Assembly: GCA_965199665.1 (NCBI GenBank)
Contig: OZ241208.1
Coordinates: forward strand, 3,788,326 to 3,852,325
DNA: 64,000 nucleotides
DNA from: Acetobacteraceae bacterium
Lineage (GTDB): Bacteria > Pseudomonadota > Alphaproteobacteria > Acetobacterales > Acetobacteraceae
Direction of reading: 5' to 3'
The position numbers and the translations under genes were made by a program. Below, one piece after another: positions 26,652-35,371 of this stretch (position 1 is its first letter; every line of letters begins with the position of its first letter). The notes beneath the pieces were generated by a model, which saw nothing but the letters and a program-made list of their open reading frames with translations, was not told the origin of the DNA and made no database searches.

Positions 26652-29114
26652 TTACCCCAGCGCCAGCTTGGCCAGCCCGGCCGGCAGCTCGGCGACCGCC
26701 GCGTTGACCGCGAAGCCCAGCGCGAACGCTTCCGCGTAGTCGAACGGTCGGGCGCCGAACACCCGGTCCCGCGCCTGGAACCGCCAGGAGTAAATCAACA
26801 GCGCAATGAACAGCGCGACCCCGAATCGCGCGGTGAGGAAGCGGTCGGCCAGCGCCCGGGCCGCACTGTCGGGCGCGGGCCCGATCAGCAAGGTGGCCGC
26901 CCCTTCGCCGATCACGGCCGGCTCCGCCCGGTCGGCTGCCGCCGCCGTGGCCAGCGTCGCCACCGCCCGCAACGGCGCCGCCAGCGGCCGGGCGTAGGCG
27001 TGCGTCGGCGGGGTCCGGCGCACTTGCTCGGCATCGCCGACCCAGGGCGGGGTGCCGTCGCCCCAATCGAGCCGCACCGCGGTGCCCGCACCCCAATCCG
27101 GATCGAGCTCGTCCACCGCGACCCTCAGCGGCCGGCCCACCGTGCGCTCGCCGGGCGGCGTGTCCGTCCGCGGCGCCAGCCGTCGCGGCCCCGCGCCGCC
27201 CACGCCGGACCCTGCCAGCGCTTCCGCCCGCACCGCTGCCGCCACGCCCGACGTATTCGCCCCCGCCGCGATCATGTCGCCGTTCAGGGCGCTCGCCGCC
27301 GTGTCGGCCGCCAGCAGCGCCGGCAGGCAGCCCTCCCCCGCCGGCGCCCGGTTCAGCTGCAGCCGCACCCGGTCGCGCTGCCGGTCCCACTCGGCCACAA
27401 GCGGGCCCGCCTCTTCCCAGCGCAGCAATTGATCGAGGTAGCCGAGCCGGCGTTGCAGCCCGGCGGCGTAGCGGTCGCAGAAAGGTTGCAGCGCCCCGCC
27501 CGCCGCGGCATGGACCTGCCGGTTGCCATAGTCGGCCCAACCATGCTCGAGCAGGCCATAGGCCGCGGCCGCCGCATCCCGGTCGTTGCGCGCCAGCGCC
27601 GCCTCCATCGCCGCCGCCTGCGCCAGCAACGGCGCCCGCTCGGCCGGCGGGAGCGGGGCCAACGCCTCCTGCCACGCTGCCAGTACGGCGCGGAGATGGG
27701 CCGCCTTGGTGGCGGCCGAGCGGTCGGGGTCCGCCTGCGCGGCCGCCATCGCCGCGTCCACCGCCGGCGGCCGCTCCGTCGCCGCCGCCGCCGCGCGCAC
27801 CGCCGCCTCTCCCGCCGCGCGCTCGGCCTCGATTGCGGCGGTCAGCAACTGGGTGGCGGCGGCCTCGACGGCGCGGCTGAACGGCAGCAGCCGGTCCAGC
27901 CCCGCCCCCGCCGGCAGCTCGGCCCAGGCGGCCGTCAGCGCGGCGGCGAGCGCCTCCCGCCGCGACGCCGGCAAGGCCGGGTCGGCGATGCCGCGCTCGA
28001 TCTCCGCGACCGTGCCGCCCAGAAAGGCGAGCTGGGCCTGCTGCCGCATCACCAAGCGCTGCCCGGCCGCCAGCGCGCGCGCCGCGCGCGCCATCGCGCG
28101 GCCGGACGCCCGCGCCTCCGCCCACGCCGCATCCGCCTCGCCGGCCGCCGCCACGAGCCGCAGCCGCACCGTTTGCGCCGTCAGCTCCGCCTCCAGCCAG
28201 CGCGCCGGCGCCGCCACCAGCCGCTCCCGCACGCCGTTCAGCACCGCGTCGAGCCGGCCCGTGTCGGGCCCACTCGGGGTCGGGGCACCCAGGGCGCGGA
28301 GTTGGGGCTGCAGCGCCTGCCACGGCACCAGGGCGGGCGCCAGAACGGCATCGGCGGCGCCCGGCCCGGCCGCCCCTTGCCGCAGCCCGGCAGCCAGCGC
28401 GTCGGCCTCCGCCAGCGACCCCGCCGCGTCCTCCAGCCGGTGATCGAGCCAGCCCACGCTGCGGGGACGCGACAGGGTGGCGACCGCCGCTTCCCAGGCC
28501 CGGTTCGCCGCCTGCAGCTCCGGCCGTTCCGCGTCGATCCAGTGCGCCTCGGCGAAACGCAGCGTCGCCTCTCGACGCTGCAGCGTGTCCCGTAGCTTGT
28601 CGGCCACCGCGCCTTCCTCGCCGAGGCCGGCCAGCAGCCCGGCCGCGATCAACCCCAGCAGCGTCAGCCCGATCCCCCAGGCCGAACGGGCGGCGACGTC
28701 GGCGCGCACCGGGATCGCGACGGGCGCCCCCGCATCCAGCACGAGGCGCAGCGTGGATTGGTAGCTGCCGGGCTGCGCCGGCACGCGGCCCCCGAGGCGC
28801 AGGACCAGCGACCCGCCGGGCGGCACCGTCGCCTCCCCGTCCATCTCCGCCTGCAGCGCGGCTCCGGCCGCCGCGGTGCCCCGCCCCACGCGCAGCCACG
28901 GATCGGCCGCCACGCCCGTGACCCGGATCGGCACGACGCCCCAATTGGTCACCGCGACCCGCTCGGGCGCCAAGGGGAGGCTGCCGGCCCGGGCGAATGG
29001 CCCGCGTCCGGAGCGCAACGCGAGCACGACCGGGCCGGGGCCGGCCAGCGTCGCGGGGGAAGGCGGCACGTCGCGGTCGGCCATGGCTCGCTCGGGGTCG
29101 GTTCTGTCCAACAA
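26652..29114 (-). CDS. Large (820 aa) Ala-rich membrane protein of unknown function with a PKD-like motif
   Basis: Of the two long overlapping minus-strand ORFs, this frame has the protein-like composition. It has an N-terminal beta-sandwich-like segment and a TM (AWGIGLTLLGLIAAGLLAGLG). A ~480-aa Ala/Leu/Arg/Glu-rich helical region follows, then LRVAVDELDPDWGAGTAVRLDWGDGT…THAY (WGDGT codons at ~27051-27065). Near the C-terminus lie a second TM (FGVALFIALLIYSWRF) and a terminal amphipathic segment. The start is 29114 or ATG 29084. Confidence 0.6.
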   Translation of the reverse strand: MLDRTDPERAMADRDVPPSPATLAGPGPVVLALRSGRGPFARAGSLPLAPERVAVTNWGVVPIRVTGVAADPWLRVGRGTAAAGAALQAEMDGEATVPPGGSLVLRLGGRVPAQPGSYQSTLRLVLDAGAPVAIPVRADVAARSAWGIGLTLLGLIAAGLLAGLGEEGAVADKLRDTLQRREATLRFAEAHWIDAERPELQAANRAWEAAVATLSRPRSVGWLDHRLEDAAGSLAEADALAAGLRQGAAGPGAADAVLAPALVPWQALQPQLRALGAPTPSGPDTGRLDAVLNGVRERLVAAPARWLEAELTAQTVRLRLVAAAGEADAAWAEARASGRAMARAARALAAGQRLVMRQQAQLAFLGGTVAEIERGIADPALPASRREALAAALTAAWAELPAGAGLDRLLPFSRAVEAAATQLLTAAIEAERAAGEAAVRAAAAATERPPAVDAAMAAAQADPDRSAATKAAHLRAVLAAWQEALAPLPPAERAPLLAQAAAMEAALARNDRDAAAAAYGLLEHGWADYGNRQVHAAAGGALQPFCDRYAAGLQRRLGYLDQLLRWEEAGPLVAEWDRQRDRVRLQLNRAPAGEGCLPALLAADTAASALNGDMIAAGANTSGVAAAVRAEALAGSGVGGAGPRRLAPRTDTPPGERTVGRPLRVAVDELDPDWGAGTAVRLDWGDGTPPWVGDAEQVRRTPPTHAYARPLAAPLRAVATLATAAAADRAEPAVIGEGAATLLIGPAPDSAARALADRFLTARFGVALFIALLIYSWRFQARDRVFGARPFDYAEAFALGFAVNAAVAELPAGLAKLALG

Positions 29115-29405
29115 CGATCATACGAGGCGGCGGCGGGGGCGCAATCCGGCCTTGCGGACCGGCCGCACGCGCTCGACATGGGGACGATGCTGCCCCGAAC
29201 CCTGCTCGCCGTGATGCTGCCATTGGTGAGCGGGTGCGCCGCCGCCCCGCCCCGCCCGCCGGTTGTCGCCGTCTACGTGCCGGCCCGGAGCGGCACCGCT
29301 CCAGCCGGCAAGCTCAGCCTGGCTCCGGCCGGCGCCACCAGCCTCCGCTGCGTTCCGCGGCCCAGCGGGTTGGGACGGACTGCACCCCGCTCTGACGCCG
29401 ACCCG

Positions 29406-30647
29406 TCAGAACACGCCGATTTCGTCCAGCCCGCCGATCAGTCCGAACAGGATCGCCATCGCCGACACGGCGTAAACAACCCATTTGTAGGCGCCCCGCA
29501 CCCGGTCCTGCTCCGGCAGCGCCCGCGTCGCCAGCAGCACCAGCAGCCCGAGCGCCAACGGCAGCAGCAGCGCGTTCATCACCTCCACCGCAATGTTCAG
29601 GCTGACCAGGTCCTTGATGAACTGCACCGCGAGCGCGCCGGCCGCGATCACCCCGGCGTACACCGCGTAAAAGGCCGGCGCCTCCCGCGGCGAGCGGTGA
29701 AGCGAGTGCGGCTGGCCCGTCACGTCGCCGAAGCCCCAGGCCAGCGCGAGCGACACCACGTTGAGCGACACCAGTGCCGCCGCGATGATGCCGACGCCCA
29801 GCACGAGCTGGCCGGCGGTCTGCCCGAGCGCCGGCGTGAAGGCGCGCGCCAGGTCGCCCACCGTCTTGAGCCCGTCCGCATCGTCGCTCTTGCCGTGCAG
29901 CGCCGCGGCGGCGCCCACCAGCAACGCGCCCATGATGAGCTGGCTCACCACCGCGCCGGCCAGCGTGTCCCACCGGGTCGCGCGCCGGCTGTCGCGGTCG
30001 AGACCCTTATCCGCCGTTGCCGATTGTTGGTAGAAGATCATCCACGGCATGATCACCGCGCCGATATTGGCCGCGATCAACACCCGATACTCGCTCTCGC
30101 CCAGCGGCGGATGGGCGAAGGAGGCCAGCACGGCCCGCGGATCCGGCTGCGCCTTCCAGGCCAGCCACAGGAACACCAGCTCGAACAAGCCGACGACGAC
30201 CGAAACCACCTCCACTCGCCGGAAACTGCCGGTCGCGACCAGCAGGAACAGCAGGGCCGCCGGCAGCGCCAGGCTGACCCAGCGGGAGACGCCGAACAGG
30301 TCGCCGATCCCCGCGATGCCGGAGAACTCGGTCGCCACCGCGCCCAACCCGGCCACCAGCAGCCCGGCGAAGCTCACCCAGGCCCAGAAGGCCCCGTAAT
30401 GTTCCCGGATCAGCTCGCCATGCCCCTTGCCCGTGGCCGTGCCGAGCCGCGCGGTGAGTTCCTGCACGACGTACAAAACCGGGATCAGCAGGAACTGCAG
30501 CAGCAGCAGCGAATAGCCCCACTTCGCGCCGGACTGCGCCGCCGTCACCAGGCTGCCGACATCGGTATCGGCCAGCATGACCACGATGCCCGGCCCCATG
30601 GCGGCCAGGGTGGTGGCGACGGAACGGGACGAGGGGGTGGCGCTCAT
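29406..30647 (-). CDS. mntH: NRAMP-family divalent metal (Mn2+/Fe2+) transporter
   Basis: ATG at complement 30645-30647. The NRAMP signature GPGIVVMLADTDVGSLVTAAQSGAKWGYSLL and the later ANIGAVIMPWMIFYQQS are present, with about 11 hydrophobic segments. Confidence 0.85.
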   Translation of the reverse strand: MSATPSSRSVATTLAAMGPGIVVMLADTDVGSLVTAAQSGAKWGYSLLLLQFLLIPVLYVVQELTARLGTATGKGHGELIREHYGAFWAWVSFAGLLVAGLGAVATEFSGIAGIGDLFGVSRWVSLALPAALLFLLVATGSFRRVEVVSVVVGLFELVFLWLAWKAQPDPRAVLASFAHPPLGESEYRVLIAANIGAVIMPWMIFYQQSATADKGLDRDSRRATRWDTLAGAVVSQLIMGALLVGAAAALHGKSDDADGLKTVGDLARAFTPALGQTAGQLVLGVGIIAAALVSLNVVSLALAWGFGDVTGQPHSLHRSPREAPAFYAVYAGVIAAGALAVQFIKDLVSLNIAVEVMNALLLPLALGLLVLLATRALPEQDRVRGAYKWVVYAVSAMAILFGLIGGLDEIGVF

Positions 30648-30966
30648 CGTTCCCCAACGCGTCAGGCAGCTCTGGACGCGCTCACATGCGCGTTGGGTTC
30701 GGTCGCAGCGGGCGGACATGCCGCCATCCACACCGCCCGATCCGCCGCGTGGACCACTCGCGGTGCGCCGCGGGTGGAGATCGCGTCGATGATCGCCGGC
30801 TCAGCCATGCAGGCCGCCGCGCAGAAGGTCTGGCTCGAGTACCGCCAGCTTCCCGAGAAGACCCAATACTGACGGATCATCCGACCGGCGACGGCGCCTC
30901 GGCCGTCCACCGTCGACATCACCTGAGGCGGGACCATCTGTTCGGGACCCCGCCCAGGATTGCGCC

Positions 30967-31830
30967 TTGCCCGAAGGTCACACCGTTCACCGCCTCGCCA
31001 ACGCCTTCACCGACCATTTCGTCGGCCACGTCCTGGCCGCCAGCTCTCCGCAAGGCCGCTTCACGGAGGGCGCCAGCCGGCTCGACGGCAAGCGGCTGGA
31101 AACGGCCGAGGCTTACGGCAAGCAGATGTTCCTCGGCTTCGAGGACCGGATCTGGCTCCGCGTCCATCTCGGCATGTACGGGATGTGGCGCTTCGACGGT
31201 CCCGGCCTGGCCGGCATCGGCCGCCGCGACCGTGGCGACACGGAGGCCGACGAGGACGGACGGCCGCTCCCGCGCGACGTCGTCCGCCTCCGCCTGGCCA
31301 GCGCCACCCATATCGGCGACCTCAGCGGGCCTACCACCTGCCGCCTCGAGGACCCGGCGGAAAAGGCGGCCGCGGTCGCCGCCATCGGGCCGGACCCGCT
31401 CCGCCCCGGCGCCCGACCCGGCCGCGCCTGGGACGTCATCGCCGCGTCCAAATCGCCGATCGGCCTGCTGCTGATGCGGCAGGACATCATCGGCGGCATC
31501 GGCAACATCTACCGCGCCGAGCTGCTGTTCCGCGCCCGCATCGAGCCGCACAAGCCCGGCCGTGACCTCACCCGCGCCCAGTTCGACGCCCTGTGGCGCG
31601 ACGCCCGCGCCCTGCTCCGCGACGGCGTGCGCGACGGCGCCATCATCACCACCCGGCCGAAGGACCGCCCGCCCGGCGTGCCCGTGCTGGGCCGCCGGAT
31701 GCGCAAGGACGCCCGTTCCTACGTCGCCTTCCGCAACCGCGAGCCCTGCCGGATCTGCGGCACGCCCATCACCATGGAGATCATGGCCGGCCGCAAGCTT
31801 TACTGGTGCCCGACCTGCCAGACCGAATAG
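30967..31830 (+). CDS. nei: Fpg/Nei-family DNA glycosylase (endonuclease VIII-like)
   Basis: TTG start, then PEGHTVHRL (catalytic N-terminal Pro). The H2TH block is GIGNIYRAELLFRARI. The C-terminal zinc finger is CRICGTPI…YWCPTCQ. Confidence 0.85.
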   Translation: MPEGHTVHRLANAFTDHFVGHVLAASSPQGRFTEGASRLDGKRLETAEAYGKQMFLGFEDRIWLRVHLGMYGMWRFDGPGLAGIGRRDRGDTEADEDGRPLPRDVVRLRLASATHIGDLSGPTTCRLEDPAEKAAAVAAIGPDPLRPGARPGRAWDVIAASKSPIGLLLMRQDIIGGIGNIYRAELLFRARIEPHKPGRDLTRAQFDALWRDARALLRDGVRDGAIITTRPKDRPPGVPVLGRRMRKDARSYVAFRNREPCRICGTPITMEIMAGRKLYWCPTCQTE

Positions 31831-31866
31831 CGCACGACTTCCCGAGCCCCTGGCTCGGGAAGTGCT

Positions 31867-32163
31867 CTAGGCCGGCGTCAGGATGTGGATCACGCGCGAG
31901 GCCAGCAGGTCCTTCACCTTGGCGCCGTATTCCTTCATGTGCGGCGAGCGCGCGTGGGCATCCAGCGCCGCCATGCTTTCCCATTGCTCGACGACGACGA
32001 AGGTGTCCGGCCCGAGCGGGGTCTGCGCCGGACCGCCATCCGGCGCGTCGATCGCCGGCTCGTACTGCACGCAGCCCTCTTCCGCATGCACCGCCGGCAT
32101 GTTGCCGCGGAAAGCGGCCAGAACGGTCTCGCGCTGACCGGGCTTGGCGGTGATGATGGCCAT
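31867..32163 (-). CDS. Antibiotic-biosynthesis-monooxygenase (ABM) domain protein
   Basis: MAIITAKPGQRETVLAAF…CVQYEP…FVVVEQWESMAALDAHARSPHMKEY is a typical ~98-aa ABM/YgiN-like fold signature. Confidence 0.75.
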   Translation of the reverse strand: MAIITAKPGQRETVLAAFRGNMPAVHAEEGCVQYEPAIDAPDGGPAQTPLGPDTFVVVEQWESMAALDAHARSPHMKEYGAKVKDLLASRVIHILTPA

Positions 32164-32231
32164 GACGTGAATCAAACGACGTCTCCTCGGAAGGTTGGGC
32201 CTAAACTCACCACCCGACGGAGCGCGACGCA

Positions 32232-33449
32232 ATGGAGGCCGCCATGGACATCGAAAACTCTGACCGTGTGGGATTGTCGGCCGAACGCCTCGGCCGCATC
32301 GATGGCTGGATGCGGCGATGGGTCGATGGCGGCCGCCTCGCCGGCATGTCCGTCCTGGTCAGCCGCCACGGCCAGGTGGCCTATCAGCGCTGCTACGGCA
32401 TGGCCGACCGCGAGCGCGGCACCGCGATGGCCGCCGACACGATCGTGCGCATCTACTCCATGACCAAGCCGCTCACCTCCGTCGCTCTCATGATGCTGTA
32501 CGAGGAAGGCCGCTTCCAGCTCGACGACCCCATCCACGCCGTGTTGCCCTACTTCAAGCAAACCCGCGTCTGGGCCGGCGAAGGTCGTGACCCCGTCCCG
32601 CTCGACCGGCCCATCACCTATCGCGACCTGCTGACCCACACCTCCGGCCTCACCTACGGCTTCATCAACGCCACCCCGGTCGACGCCATGTACCGCGACG
32701 GCGGCGTCGACTTCCAAACCGCCGACGCCACGCTGGGCGACATCGTCGAGAAAGCCGCCGCCATGCCGCTCCTGGCGCAGCCCGGCACCGCCTGGAACTA
32801 CTCGATCGCCACCGACGTGATCGGCCACCTCGTCGCCGAGATCTCCGGCCAACCGTTCGAGCGCTTTCTGCACGACCGGGTCATCGCGCCGCTCGGCATG
32901 ACCGACACGGCCTTCACCGTCGCCCCCGGCAACGTCGCCCGCTTCGCCGCCAATTACAGCCGGGGCGAGGATGGCCGCGCCGCCCTGCTCGACGATCCCG
33001 CCACCAGCCGCTTCATCACCCCGCGCGCCATCGCGTCGGGCGGCGGCGGCCTGACCGGCACCGCCCGCGACTACATGCGGTTCTGCCAGATGATGCTGAA
33101 CAAAGGCCAGCTGGACGGCGAGCGCCTGCTCGGCCGCAAGACGGTCGAGCTGATGACCAGCAACCACCTGCCCGGCGACATGGCGGCCATGGGCATGCCC
33201 CGCTTTAGCGAGAGCAAATACGACGGCATCGGCTTCGGCCTGGGCTTCTCCGTCACCCTCGACCCGGCCCGCGCCGAAATCCTCGGCTCGCCCGGCGAAT
33301 ATGCCTGGGGCGGCGCCGCCAGCACCGCCTTCTGGATCGACCCGGTCGAGGACATGGCCGTCGTCCTGCTCACCCAGTTGACCCCGTCGAGCACCTACCC
33401 GATCCGCCGCGAGCTCCGCGTCCTGACGTACGCCGCGGTCGTGGACTGA
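32232..33449 (+). CDS. Serine hydrolase, beta-lactamase (class C/PBP4*-like) family
   Basis: The SxxK motif is in IYSMTKPLTSVALMML, and HTSGL is also present. Length is ~400 aa. Confidence 0.8.
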   Translation: MEAAMDIENSDRVGLSAERLGRIDGWMRRWVDGGRLAGMSVLVSRHGQVAYQRCYGMADRERGTAMAADTIVRIYSMTKPLTSVALMMLYEEGRFQLDDPIHAVLPYFKQTRVWAGEGRDPVPLDRPITYRDLLTHTSGLTYGFINATPVDAMYRDGGVDFQTADATLGDIVEKAAAMPLLAQPGTAWNYSIATDVIGHLVAEISGQPFERFLHDRVIAPLGMTDTAFTVAPGNVARFAANYSRGEDGRAALLDDPATSRFITPRAIASGGGGLTGTARDYMRFCQMMLNKGQLDGERLLGRKTVELMTSNHLPGDMAAMGMPRFSESKYDGIGFGLGFSVTLDPARAEILGSPGEYAWGGAASTAFWIDPVEDMAVVLLTQLTPSSTYPIRRELRVLTYAAVVD

Positions 33450-33524
33450 CGAAGCAACACTGCCTTTCTTCGACCGGCGCCGCTTTTCTCCGCTAAGACG
33501 GACGCAACGAAAACGGAGGAAACG

Positions 33525-34295
33525 GTGAGCGACGAACTGCTTTGGGAAGCCACGGACGGCATCGGCCACATCACGTTCAACCGGCCGGCGCAGCGCAACG
33601 CGCTGACCTGGGTGATGTACGACGGCCTGGTCAGCGCGATCGAGCGGGTCAATACGGACGACACGATCCGCGCCGTGGTCGTCACCGGGGCGGGCGAGAA
33701 GGCCTTCGCGGCCGGCACCGATATCGGCCAGTTCCGCGAATTCCGGACGCCCGCCGACGCGATCGGCTACGAGGAGCGGATCGACCGCGTGCTCACCGTG
33801 CTGGAAACCTGCCGGGTGCCGACCATCGCGGCCATCAACGGCGCCTGCACCGGCGGCGGCGCGGCCATCGCCGCCTGCTGCGACCTGCGCATCGCGGCGG
33901 ACAATGCCCGCTTCGGCTTCCCGATCGCCAAGACGCTCGGCAACTGCCTTTCCATGGCCAACCTCGCCCGCCTCTCCGCCCTGATCGGCGCCGCCCGCGT
34001 CAAGGAGGTCATCTTCACCGCCCGGCTGATCGAGGCGGACGAAGCGCAGCGCATCGGCCTGGTGTCCGAGATCGTGCCCGCCGCCGGCCTCGCCGAGCGG
34101 GCGGACGCGCTGGCCCGCACCGTGGCCGGCATGGCGCCGCTCACGCTGCGGGCCACCAAGATGGCGCTGCGCAAGCTCGGCAGCAGCCCGACGGAAGACG
34201 AGGACCTCATCCTCATGTGCTACCAAAGCGCCGACTTCCGCGAGGGCATGGAAGCGTTCCTCGGCAAGCGCGCGCCGGTCTGGACGGGCGCCTGA
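33525..34295 (+). CDS. Enoyl-CoA hydratase/isomerase (crotonase) family protein
   Basis: GGAGG precedes GTG 33525. Motifs seen: ITFNRPAQRNAL, VVVTGAGEKAFAAGTDI, INGACTGGGAAIA, and ADFREGMEAFLGKRAPVW. Confidence 0.85.
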   Translation: MSDELLWEATDGIGHITFNRPAQRNALTWVMYDGLVSAIERVNTDDTIRAVVVTGAGEKAFAAGTDIGQFREFRTPADAIGYEERIDRVLTVLETCRVPTIAAINGACTGGGAAIAACCDLRIAADNARFGFPIAKTLGNCLSMANLARLSALIGAARVKEVIFTARLIEADEAQRIGLVSEIVPAAGLAERADALARTVAGMAPLTLRATKMALRKLGSSPTEDEDLILMCYQSADFREGMEAFLGKRAPVWTGA

Positions 34296-34297
34296 GC

Positions 34298-35371
34298 GTG
34301 GGCAAGCTCGTCCTCCAGGGGCTCGGCAAGCGCTACGGCGAAAGCCTGCGCGCCGTCGCCGACGTCACCCTGGCGCTTGCGGAAGGCGAGTTCGTCTCCC
34401 TCCTCGGCCCCTCCGGCTGCGGCAAGACCACCACCTTGCGCATGATCGCCGGGTTCATGGCGCCGACGGAGGGCACCATCTCCGTCGGCGGCCAGACCTT
34501 GTCCTCGCCCAGCGCCGTGGTCCCGCCCGAGCGGCGCGGCATGTCCATGATCTTCCAGAGCTACGCCATCTGGCCCAACATGACCGTCCGCGAGAACGTC
34601 GCCTTCGGCCTCACGTTGCGCAGCCTCGGCCGCGCCGAGATCGCCCGCCGTACCGACGCCATGCTCGACATCGTCAAGCTCCGCCACCTCGCCGACCGCT
34701 ACCCGTCCGAGCTCTCCGGCGGCCAGCAGCAGCGCGTGGCGCTGGCCCGCGCCATCGTGATCGAGCCCGCCGTGCTGCTGCTGGACGAACCGCTCTCCAA
34801 CCTCGACGCCAGCCTGCGCGAGGAGATGCGCTCGGAGATCCGCCGCCTGCACGACGAGTTCCGCATCACCACCGTCTACGTCACCCACGACCAGTCCGAG
34901 GCCATGGTCACGTCGGACCGCATCGTCGTCATGAACGCCGGCCGCATCGAACAGGCCGCCGACCCGGTGACGCTCTACACGCGGCCACAGACCCGCTTCG
35001 TCGCCGGCTTCGTCGGCCGCACCAACTTCCTGGACGGCGTGCGCGCCGGGTCGGAGATCCGCTTCCCCGGCTTCACCGTGCCGGCCGCCGCCGCGCCCGG
35101 CGACGCCGAAGCCCGGCCCTCCTTCTCCGTGCGCCCCCAGAGCATCCGGCTGCATACCGGCGCCCCGCCCGAACCCGGCCGCGGCTGGTGGGTCGAGGGC
35201 CGGGTCGTGGAGCGGGCCTACATGGGCGATTACTGGGACTACGTGGTCGCGCCGCCCGAGGGTGGCCTCCGCCTCAAGGTCAGCACGCCGCCGCCCGAGC
35301 GGCACGAGATCGGCGCGCCCGTCTGGCTGGAGATCGATACCGCGGCGATCGCGCCCGTTCCGCCGCCATGA
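34298..35371 (+). CDS. ABC transporter ATP-binding protein (PotA/CysA-type importer ATPase with C-terminal TOBE-like domain)
   Basis: GTG 34298 lies 2 nt after the crotonase stop. Walker A is GPSGCGKTT, the Q-loop is IFQSYA, the signature is LSGGQQQR, and Walker B is LLLLDEPLSNLD. No cognate permease or binding protein is adjacent. Confidence 0.85.
   Translation: MGKLVLQGLGKRYGESLRAVADVTLALAEGEFVSLLGPSGCGKTTTLRMIAGFMAPTEGTISVGGQTLSSPSAVVPPERRGMSMIFQSYAIWPNMTVRENVAFGLTLRSLGRAEIARRTDAMLDIVKLRHLADRYPSELSGGQQQRVALARAIVIEPAVLLLDEPLSNLDASLREEMRSEIRRLHDEFRITTVYVTHDQSEAMVTSDRIVVMNAGRIEQAADPVTLYTRPQTRFVAGFVGRTNFLDGVRAGSEIRFPGFTVPAAAAPGDAEARPSFSVRPQSIRLHTGAPPEPGRGWWVEGRVVERAYMGDYWDYVVAPPEGGLRLKVSTPPPERHEIGAPVWLEIDTAAIAPVPPP

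Noticed and set aside
26560-29223. 887-aa minus-strand ORF overlapping the 820-aa ORF in another frame
   Set aside because: The translation is almost entirely Arg/Gly/Ala/Pro (…GRPRPGRARVALRTRAIRPGRQPPLGARAGRGDQ…) with no hydrophobic cores or aromatic residues. This is the typical off-frame product of high-GC coding DNA. The 26652-29114 frame is the protein-like one.
29178-30872. Lipoprotein-like start (MGTMLPRTLLAVMLPLVSGC, lipobox LVSGC) in the 290-bp gap between the 820-aa gene and mntH
   Set aside because: The frame has no stop until 30872. It would therefore have to run antisense through the whole NRAMP gene, and after ~75 codons the translation becomes Arg/Gln/His junk. Neither alternative frame gives a plausible short protein. 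It could be a decayed lipoprotein gene or a chance lipobox, and I cannot support a CDS call. Read-level verification for an indel near 29300-29400 would be the only way to revive it.
32172-34226. 684-aa minus-strand ORF
   Set aside because: It is antisense to the beta-lactamase-family and crotonase genes. Its composition is Gly/Ala/Arg/Asp-rich with no motifs.
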